The notes under the pieces: model-generated | The model's input: only the letters and a program-made list of their open reading frames with translations | Told to the model about the DNA's origin: nothing | Databases searched by the model: none | Made by a program: the position numbers and the translations under genes | Assembly (NCBI RefSeq): GCF_000002075.1 | Contig: NW_004797467.1 | Location: 444,939 to 508,938, forward strand | Length of the DNA: 64,000 bases | Reading direction: 5' to 3' | Origin: Aplysia californica | Lineage: Eukaryota | Shown: piece by piece, positions 57,901 through 64,000 of the stretch | Layout of the letters: every line of letters begins with the position of its first letter | Position numbering within the stretch: position 1 is the first letter of the stretch

Positions 57901-60146
57901 TTTTTATTTACATTCCGCTCACAACACACAAAAAGCGGAGTGAAAAAGGAAAAAGGTCAAGGTCGCGACGCAGTTACCGTGCACCTAGCTCAAGGCCCCC
58001 CCCGAAACAAAATACCCGGTTACCGTGTTCGTAGATAATGAGAGGCGCCCGGTTACCGGTTACCGTGTACGTAGATATTGAGGCTACGTGCCCGGTTACC
58101 GTGTGTGTGACACTGAGACTACACGGTGAAAAAAAGGAAAAAAGTCAACGTCGTAAAGGGAGCGAAGCAGTTACCGTGCGTGCACCTAGCTCAAGCCCCC
58201 TTCCGCACCCCCCTCCCCCCCGAAACTAAGTACACGGTTACCGTGTACGTAGATATTGAGGTTACGAGCACGGTCACCGTGTATGCGACATTGAGACTAC
58301 ACGGTGAAAAAGGAAAAATGAATGTCAACGTCAAGAAGGGAGCAAAGCAGTTACCGTGCACCTAGCTGAAGCCCCTCCCCCACGAAACTAAATGCCCGCT
58401 TACCGTGTTCGTAGATAATGAGAGGCGCCCGGTTGCCGGTTATGTATGTAGACACTGAGGCTACCGTACGTGCCCGGTTACCGTGTACGTAGACCCTGAG
58501 GCTACATGCCCGGTTACCGTGTACGTAGACCCTGAGGATACGTGCCCGGTTACCGTGTACGTAGACACTCCAGCATAATAATCAGTGTCAGTGACTCTAT
58601 CCATTGGTGTGTCTTTTTGTTTTATTTAATCAATTTGAATTTTTTAGAAAAGTGCCTACTTCCAATAGAGGTAAGTTTGTTAGATCTAAACTAAAAAAAA
58701 AAAAAAGATTTCAGATTTACGTATCAGCAAACGAAGGTCTTTTTTACGTTTAGATCTACATAAAATGGAAAACAATTATTAACAGGGGGCAAGCCCTCTG
58801 AAACCCCCCCAATTCTGACATTCATCATTACTCCTGGTACAGCCCCAATTCAATTGCTATTACTAGATCTATTAGTTCGTTCACGTTTGCCCCCTTGCTC
58901 CGTCCGCTACTCCAAGTTTAGCCCCAATTCAAATTCAATCAATCACACTCTGCTGTTTGTAGATCTTTCTAGGCCCCACTGAAACTGAAAAATAGCAGAC
59001 AGCGCCGCATTCGCCTCTCTCTCTCTTCCACTTCCAGTTCCCCAATCCGGGTTTGGCCCCACTTGCTGCAGACAGCGCAGCGCCGCATTCGTTATCGATC
59101 GCCTAGCGACCTTGTGCGAGCGAAAGAACTGCAGACAGTCACCTCTCGCTCTCTCCCGAATAAAACATCGATACCGAGTATTAAAGTCAGTATCGATATT
59201 TGAGTACTCTTGGGGCCAAAACCGGATTATGCCATTAATATATAAGTATAAGGAAGTGACTATTCTCACCCGCCCGGAAGTTCTCGCAAGATCAACTCCT
59301 CCCCTCTTCTCTCTCTCTGTCTCTTTCTGAATACTGTCTATCGGTGTGGACGATCAAATTGACCAAAACAAAGTTAAATAATGATGTTAAAACACAAAAG
59401 TAAATTAATTTGGTTGTCTACAAAGATGCTACGGCTATTTAACTTTTCGAATCGAGCCGAACTACGCGGGTCGCCATTTTGTTTTGCCCGGAAATTCTCG
59501 CGCTACTCCTCTCTCTCTTTCTCTCTCTCTCTCCACTGCCCACAGACAAAATTGTACGCTTTTAGTAGGCTACAGTTGTAATGGAACGTTTGTTCACGGC
59601 ACAGAATTCTACAATTTTTCTGTTATCACAGTGTAGAATTCTGTGGTTTAGGGTGAACGCAAAATTTGGTAAACGCGCACCGGGTGAGAATAGCCACAAG
59701 ACTCGCCTGCACTATTCTCACTCCGGGTGAGAATAGAGGTGGCCTTGATCTAAGCTAGAATTTGTTAGAACGCGGACAAACCAAGATGACGATCACCAGT
59801 CACACCGATCGACGAGAGAACAAGTTAGAGAAACAACTGTACACACACAAAGCTTGTCACCAACGAAGAGCATTGATGTAGATGTAGATCTAGATTCTAT
59901 ATCTAGATCTAGATATCTAGATCTAGAGCTCGTTTGTTTTGCTTACTTTTTGGAAGGGGGCTAAAGTGTAAGTTAAGTACATCACCTGTGGCCTGTAGAT
60001 CTAGCACACTTTGTAGTCTTCACCTAAGATCCCACAATCAATCATTCCGGTTCACTTAAGATTCTGCAGTTAAAAAATAAACCAAACAAAGCAACAACAA
60101 ATTTTACTACACAAGAGCCATCACTAAGATAAATTATTACCTTCAT
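23874..60146 (-). CDS. BOP1: ribosome biogenesis protein BOP1 (Erb1 homolog), 20 exons, ~760 aa
   Basis: Exons 60146-60141 (tentative), 55985-55866, 54567-54286, 53775-53624, 53335-53218, 52339-52238, 51525-51403, 50176-50066, 49625-49464, 48452-48372, 45381-45312, 44197-44065, 38975-38872, 33190-33108, 32541-32431, 30447-30373, 29191-29089, 27856-27772, 26049-25942, 24027-23874; all GT-AG with consistent phases (2283 nt); motifs [33 protein letters not shown]40 repeats ending [20 protein letters not shown]. Confidence 0.95.
24131..24205 (+). mobile_element. tRNA-derived SINE head (degenerate; similar heads on - at ~24635-24697 and ~49915-49993)
   Basis: A-box TGGTGTAGTGG and B-box-like GTTTGATTC around a TTGCA anticodon-like loop. 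Confidence 0.45.
24909..25684. mobile_element. pogo/Tigger-like MITE
   Basis: TA|CAGTGGGAGTCGCATTCAGCGAG ... CTCGTTGAATGCGGCACCCACTG|TA. Confidence 0.85.
25942..26049 (-). CDS. BOP1: BOP1 exon 19
   Basis: [35 protein letters not shown]. Confidence 0.95.
27772..27856 (-). CDS. BOP1: BOP1 exon 18
   Basis: [28 protein letters not shown]. Confidence 0.95.
28116..28259. mobile_element. short pogo/Tigger-like MITE, sibling of the outer element at 20753-23154
   Basis: Shares GTACGAGCTATC...GTGTTATCTGTGC(C/T)CAACTG|TA. Confidence 0.7.
28826..28915 (-). mobile_element. 5'-truncated copy of the tRNA-SINE at 38268-38795
   Basis: Reverse complement matches 38695-38780 including the stem-loop tail. 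Confidence 0.7.
28921..29058. repeat. GAA/GGA polypurine low-complexity tract
   Basis: Visible; similar tracts at 32170-32350 and 39655-39730. Confidence 0.9.
29089..29191 (-). CDS. BOP1: BOP1 exon 17
   Basis: [34 protein letters not shown]. Confidence 0.95.
29220..29406 (-). mobile_element. type A short retroposon with 11-bp TSD
   Basis: TSD GGACAATGTGT (29209-29219 / 29407-29417). Confidence 0.9.
29452..29631 (-). mobile_element. older type A short retroposon
   Basis: Diverged match to the adjacent copy. Confidence 0.75.
29950..30325. repeat. 39-bp minisatellite with alternating A/B units (78-bp higher-order repeat)
   Basis: CAGCATCAAGCG(C/T)TCTGTG... units at 30057, 30096, 30135, 30174 and onward. 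Confidence 0.9.
30373..30447 (-). CDS. BOP1: BOP1 exon 16
   Basis: [25 protein letters not shown]. Confidence 0.95.
30831..31138. mobile_element. hAT-like MITE with TTCAAGGA subterminal repeats
   Basis: CAGGGTTC...GAACCCTG termini; flanking TCCTAA duplication. Confidence 0.8.
31454..31554. mobile_element. ~100-bp hairpin MITE
   Basis: TAATACGGGGTGCCCACT / AGTGGGCACCCCGTATTA perfect inverted ends. Confidence 0.75.
31873..32052 (-). mobile_element. type A short retroposon with 11-bp TSD
   Basis: TSD GCCCCAGGACT (31862-31872 / 32053-32063). Confidence 0.9.
32431..32541 (-). CDS. BOP1: BOP1 exon 15
   Basis: [37 protein letters not shown]. Confidence 0.95.
33108..33190 (-). CDS. BOP1: BOP1 exon 14
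   Basis: [27 protein letters not shown], phases 1/0 fit neighbours. Confidence 0.9.
35872..36102. repeat. 28-bp tandem repeat, ~8 copies
   Basis: AAAACGATTCATTAGCTGACTCGGTTT(C/G). Confidence 0.95.
36550..36625. repeat. (GA)n microsatellite
   Basis: Visible. Confidence 0.95.
37611..37783 (-). mobile_element. type A short retroposon with 10-bp TSD
   Basis: TSD TCTGACTCCT (37601-37610 / 37784-37793). Confidence 0.9.
38268..38795 (+). mobile_element. tRNA-derived SINE ending in the shared stem-loop tail and poly(A)
   Basis: B-box GTTCGAATCC near 38320; tail GCACTCATATGACCTTATGCAGTTGCGAGCACCGTAAAAC followed by an A-run. Confidence 0.7.
38872..38975 (-). CDS. BOP1: BOP1 exon 13
   Basis: [24 protein letters not shown]. 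Confidence 0.93.
38957..39138. repeat. three 61-bp tandem copies spanning the exon 13 splice acceptor
   Basis: (G/C)AGAATCACTTCTGA units at 38957, 39018, 39079. Confidence 0.9.
39290..43115 (-). mobile_element. Sola1-type DNA transposon (decayed)
   Basis: ~30-bp TIR CGTCGGCC(T/TG)GTGATAAAACCGACTAACCC; ATAT TSD (AWWT is typical of Sola1). Confidence 0.85.
40385..42055 (-). pseudogene. Sola1 transposase pseudogene
   Basis: Fragments KKDQCNIC, SDxCNY*NRN, [30 protein letters not shown]; stops and frameshifts. Confidence 0.8.
43755..43822. repeat. (AAT)n microsatellite
   Basis: Visible. Confidence 0.95.
44065..44197 (-). CDS. BOP1: BOP1 exon 12
   Basis: [20 protein letters not shown]...WNPN. 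Confidence 0.95.
44310..44484 (-). mobile_element. type A short retroposon with 12-bp TSD
   Basis: TSD ATCATGTGCTTT (44298-44309 / 44485-44496). Confidence 0.9.
44685..45193 (+). mobile_element. pogo/Tigger-like MITE
   Basis: CAGTGGAAACC...GGTTTCCACTG|TA. Confidence 0.85.
45312..45381 (-). CDS. BOP1: BOP1 exon 11
   Basis: [23 protein letters not shown]. Confidence 0.95.
45445..46522. repeat. degenerate 21-bp tandem array (GAATAGAACAATACAAATAAG) interrupted by insertions
   Basis: Repeats at 45445-45765 and 46185-46522. Confidence 0.85.
45774..46005 (-). mobile_element. type B short retroposon (same tail, longer body)
   Basis: Closely similar to 55032-55270. Confidence 0.85.
46745..48297. 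mobile_element. hAT-like non-autonomous element
   Basis: TIR CAGGGTCCCCACCA(A/G)ATC / GATCTGGTGGGGACCCTG; flanks TAGATA / TAAATA. Confidence 0.8.
48372..48452 (-). CDS. BOP1: BOP1 exon 10
   Basis: [27 protein letters not shown]. Confidence 0.95.
49464..49625 (-). CDS. BOP1: BOP1 exon 9
   Basis: [36 protein letters not shown]. Confidence 0.95.
50066..50176 (-). CDS. BOP1: BOP1 exon 8
   Basis: [23 protein letters not shown]. Confidence 0.95.
50561..50998. mobile_element. uninterrupted ~438-bp MITE, sibling of 39243-43507 in opposite orientation
   Basis: Reverse complement aligns across the Sola insertion point (CATAT|GGAGTT). Confidence 0.8.
51403..51525 (-). CDS. BOP1: BOP1 exon 7
   Basis: [16 protein letters not shown]...DMW. 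Confidence 0.95.
51762..51944 (-). mobile_element. type A short retroposon with 11-bp TSD
   Basis: TSD TCCAGCAGTCT (51751-51761 / 51945-51955). Confidence 0.9.
52238..52339 (-). CDS. BOP1: BOP1 exon 6
   Basis: [34 protein letters not shown]. Confidence 0.95.
53218..53335 (-). CDS. BOP1: BOP1 exon 5
   Basis: [19 protein letters not shown]; AAG acceptor. Confidence 0.93.
53624..53775 (-). CDS. BOP1: BOP1 exon 4
   Basis: [23 protein letters not shown]...[14 protein letters not shown]. Confidence 0.95.
54286..54567 (-). CDS. BOP1: BOP1 exon 3 (acidic region)
   Basis: Acidic tract ending [11 protein letters not shown]. Confidence 0.93.
54734..55620. mobile_element. non-autonomous piggyBac-like MITE
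   Basis: TTAA|CTCACTCAATCCCG ... CGGGATTGAGCGAG|TTAA; hosts a type B retroposon. Confidence 0.85.
55032..55270 (-). mobile_element. type B short retroposon
   Basis: Matches 45774-46005; shared stem-loop tail. Confidence 0.85.
55866..55985 (-). CDS. BOP1: BOP1 exon 2
   Basis: [24 protein letters not shown]; phase 0/0; NLS-like KKKRKR. Confidence 0.8.
56292..57488. mobile_element. hAT-like element with three tandem ~270-bp copies of its right end
   Basis: CAAGGTTGG...CCAACCCTG termini; ATTTAAATC subterminal motifs; units at ~56668, ~56946, ~57206. Confidence 0.65.
57940..58570. repeat. complex tandem repeats (CCCGGTTACCGTGTACGTAGA)
   Basis: ~31-bp and ~180-bp nested periodicities. Confidence 0.85.
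59262..59740 (+). repeat. interspersed repeat copy 2 (homologous to 1010-1730)
   Basis: GGAAGTGACTATTCTCACCCG start, inverted CGGGTGAGAATAGCCAC near 59680-59696, shared internal unit. Confidence 0.8.
60141..60146 (-). CDS. BOP1: BOP1 tentative exon 1 coding part (MK)
   Basis: ATGAAG|GTAATA donor, phase 0 matches exon 2; translation could instead start at the MSTK ATG in exon 2. Confidence 0.45.
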
Positions 60147-60399
60147 TTCAACTTCGTCATACGATTGTCAACATGTGGGAAGAAGCCATGTACAATAGAC
60201 AAAACCGAAAGTAGATGAGAGTTATCTTTCCCTATTTTGCTAAGATTCCGTGCAAGTAAAATGTATTATGTGTATTCAAGGAGATTAAAAGTTCTAAGCT
60301 CCTTGTGTGTATTAAATTTTGTTCTTATAGTTCTTTTATAATATTAATAGTATTGTGTAACAATATAAGACAGATTCATTTATTAAGTTGAGTCGGAAC

Positions 60400-62572
60400 C
60401 AGGGGTGGCTCGTGGGTCTTAAAAGTGGGCGTGCACAATTAGGTTAAAGCAGGTTGAAGATAGTCAAGGGTATGGTAAATTAGATGTTTTCTTCACCCTA
60501 CCTGTTTTGAGAAAATATATTTGAAGACAAAGTCTTCCTTTCGTTCGCTTGCTGAGGAAAAAGTGTCCATTTTTCTGTTGGGCATGCTATTAATGATGTC
60601 CTTGTGGATCGACATAAACGTCAGTGCGATTTCTAGGATTTTTCATACTTCTCTAAATGTTGTATTGAGTGTGCAGTCCTTCAGAGTTGAATAAAGGCCC
60701 TGGATTGTACGACCTTGAGCAGACTTAAATATATTTCATTGCCATGTAATACTTATAATTCTGTCTGTAACTTGATTTTAAGCAAAACAGTAATATTTCT
60801 GTAAACGATCCTAAAAGAACTGTAGGAAACAACTTTTGATAGTCCTTGAATTTGGAGGAGTCAAACATTGACAGTGCGTTGAATTTATTTTGCTTCAAGA
60901 AATTGTCTACAATTTGAGAAACTATTATGTCACAGGTTTGCTTTGCAGCAATTTTGTTGGTGTTGTAATGTCTGCGTCTCTTGGAAGCGTGTTTTTCTGA
61001 GGTCTGTTTTGTTGATAGAACAAATATACTGTTTCTAATTTCATCGACGGCTAATATAAACGTGCCTAGAGCTTGTTAGGTTGCTATGAGCGGTGTACTT
61101 CTGTGTTAGAGGATCCCATGAACAGCGGCAACGTGCGTGAACACTTAGTTGAAAAAGTGCAAAAAGATGAGAATTGTTTCGCTCTTTAATACATTCAGGA
61201 TACCATCGTGGATGGAATTATCGTCCCACTGCTCAGACTGAATTTCTGCAAGACAAAGCTCGGTCTCTCCTTTCCAAATGAAGACTGTGTTAATTAGTCG
61301 AGACTGCAAATTCCACTTTGTTTTTGACGGCCATTGAATATTCCGGTGACAAACGCGTCTGAGAACGCAGATGCATTTTGTAGAGTGGACAAAAAATGTC
61401 GAAGAGCCTGCATAGCGTTAGCGAAAAATACTCCTATTCCCCGACAAATCACCCTTTTCATGACCGAGAAGGGCAAGTTGGTGAGTTTCACAGAACAAAA
61501 TACACTCGATAACCTTACCCAATACGTGCCTGTTCTTTCTCACTAGCCTAGTTCGTTATTGTGAGACGTTGCAATGCAATAACCAACGACTAGCTGCGCT
61601 GCTATGTCTACTTGTCCGAAAGCATGATACTTAACGGCATTGTTTACGTGCGCTCTTGATGACCCCTGACTTTAATGCGTTGTTTCACATGAACAAGATC
61701 AGTATCAGTAAAACCTGTCTTAGACTATTACTTGGGGTCTTCAGTTTAAAAAAGCAGACAGGAGAAACAGCAGGCCTACAATGAGTATTTATTGCTAACG
61801 CTGACTGTAAGCCACTCCACTTTTTGTTGGTTGTATTATTTTGATATCTTTTGGTTGTTGGGGATCTAATTTTTTCACTCTCTTTGTTACTTTGTTTGGT
61901 GAACTGAATTCATTTGCAATCAACTTCATTCATCCTGCATTGGAATACACCCTTGAGTAATAAAACTGTCACCACTGCGTAACACCATTCCAACTTCTAA
62001 CACAGTGACCTAATTACGTCACGTTGACCTCGCTCAAGTTCAAGGTTACAGAGGTGGGGCTAGAAAGGGCAAGACAATGGACCAATCGCACATCGCTGAG
62101 AGCACTCCGGCGGATTGCTCCACAGCTCTCATAATACGGGCATTGAATTGTGTAATGTATCGTGAACTAGTCTGAGATGGCGTTATTTTTAAACTGCCTC
62201 TATGGGCTTTGCTCGGCTGGTGCACATTGAGATTGTGCCGCCTTATTAATATTTATGAACTAAGAAACTCGGTCAAAACGTCATCGTTGTTTGGGTCGGC
62301 CCATAGAGCTTTTTCCGACATATATTACACCACTACTGAACATGCTATTTTTTTACTTGGGTGAAGCACAAGGATTTGATACGGTATAGTAGATGTTGTA
62401 GAGCTGTTGTAGATGTTGTAGTGGACGAATAGGCTCTGGCGAGGAACTTGTACGAAAAACTAATTGGATGGTGGAAGGTAAAGGTTCTTTTATTGCCTCT
62501 TTGTGGGTGTTGGGCGCATTAAAATTTTTGGGCGGCAGTGCACGGCCGGGCTCTATGGACGAGCCGCCCCTG
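60400..62572 (-). mobile_element. hAT (Tip100/ZMYM1-like) element with degraded transposase
   Basis: TIR CAGGGG(T/C)GGCTCGT; perfect 8-bp TSD GTCGGAAC (60392-60399 / 62573-62580); minus-strand remnants TKWNLQSRLINTVF, WDDNSI, FLHFF..VFTHV and a dimerisation-domain-like LTFMSIHK. Confidence 0.85.
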
Positions 62573-63399
62573 GTCGGAACAAACCAAAACCTCATTCTCC
62601 CCCCGGTCATTTCCCTCTATATTCTTTTTTTTTTCGGCTTACTCTTACTTTTCCTCTCGTCTCACACTTAACTACCTGTCCTCCATTCTCTACTAAATAT
62701 TGATGCGCTGAACGCGAATATCAACTTCTTTCCGTCGCAAATCAACAGTTTTTTAATTGTTTGATTGTCCTTAATGGAGCTATATCACACTGTGCCTAAC
62801 CGCGCTGTTATTTTTGTGCTTTTGACCAATCGGGGGGGGGGGGGGGGGATAAAGGGGGCCTGCCAAGGAGCTCAAATCGGGTGATTTTTGTATTTTTAAT
62901 CTAAGTTACTCTAAATCAAAATGTACGATCTTTGTCGAATTCATTTAGTGTAGCGTTTGTTTGTTTGCACCAAAAGGGCAGCGTTTGCTGTATGGCCCAA
63001 TTATTTTTTTTAAATGACAAAACAAAAGTTTTTATTACTAAATGACAAACATTGGTTTATTTAAGTACCGTAGGCTACACGTCATGTTGGCCTACTTTTG
63101 TTTGGTCGCTGGCCTACATGAGTGTGCCATGCAAGGTTACGTGCGTATCGTTGAATTCTCAATTGTCGATTGATCTACAATCATTACTTTAACGCGAATA
63201 AACGAACGTGAACAAGTTGTAAAATGGCATCGGTAAAATCATGTAATATTACATGTACATATAGTGGACGCTGGCTATAACAGGACCGCCGCTGGACTGA
63301 CGCGTGATGCCAAAGAATCTCTACCGTTGTCTCTACTAAGAATCTTTGTTGTGGCCCCTGTTAAAGCCAAATATCATGCTGCTAGACAGGGATCGACAT

Positions 63400-63467
63400 T
63401 TTTTTCTTCTTTTTTTCAAGTAAAGTTTTTACAGCGATCGCAACTGCATAAGGTCATATGAGCGCCA
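63400..63467 (-). mobile_element. isolated 3' tail of the retroposon family
   Basis: TGGCGCTCATATGACCTTATGCAGTTGCGATCGCTGTAAAA on - strand; GATCGA on both flanks. Confidence 0.7.
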
Positions 63468-64000
63468 CGATCGAGTTTACTTGCACTTACACAGTAACTA
63501 ATAATAAACCAATGGGACCACTTTTATTTCACTTTATAATATTATTATTACGCACTACCCATTTATCAGTTACTGCTACTTTCTATTCATGAGATATTTC
63601 CTTCCTCATCGCTTAATCTTTTTTTTTTTTTAAATCTCATAGAAGTTGACAAGACATAACTTGATATGCATGGTAATACATGTACATGTATATATCTAAT
63701 AGTTGCATTTAAATGGTACATTCTCTTCAGATTCCTGCAGTATGTTCTATGCGCTTTACATCTATTCGTAATCGAATAGATACCACGTTAGGAGAATGAG
63801 CACGCTGCATAGATCTGCGGTAGCGGCCATAATACATAGTTTTCATTCGTTCATTCATTTATTCCCCGAAACAGGTCTCGCCACCCAACTAGTAGACCGT
63901 GTGACGACGTTCTTGACCAAGGTCACGCTTTGTCCCTGCGATTTAATTTGCATCAACACCAAAGTGCGCCCAATGTTACATAGACGCAATTACGTTGTTT

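Noticed and set aside
23874-60146. Intronic snoRNAs expected in a ribosome-biogenesis host gene
   Set aside because: No convincing sense-strand C/D box pair with terminal stem found by eye; needs a snoscan/Infernal search

Overview
Repeat-rich eukaryotic (invertebrate animal, possibly mollusc; inference only) genomic window with N gaps. It holds two convergent protein-coding genes plus one transposase gene. (1) A + strand gene encodes a ~3440-aa protein with 12 N-terminal C2H2 zinc fingers (exons 6766-7100 and 8142-18129). Its C-terminal half carries about 11 copies (9 clear, 2 degenerate) of an unfamiliar IPxGY-x3-K-x-G-x-L-x-K-(P/R)G-(P/R)-KPK module. (2) A full-length piggyBac element (3344-6465, TIRs, TAAA/TTAA flanks) with an intact, intron-containing 586-aa transposase lies in the same orientation inside the probable first intron of that gene, with its own splice acceptor and polyA signal (exon-trap layout). 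(3) A 20-exon BOP1/Erb1 ribosome-biogenesis gene on the - strand (60146-23874, ~760 aa) was reconstructed by hand with consistent exon phases. Introns and flanks contain many transposable elements. These include a decayed Sola1 nested in a MITE, a hAT pseudogene just upstream of BOP1, pogo/Tigger-like, hAT and piggyBac MITEs, tRNA-derived SINEs, and a family of short retroposons sharing one stem-loop 3' tail. All calls come from reading the sequence; no database searches were run.
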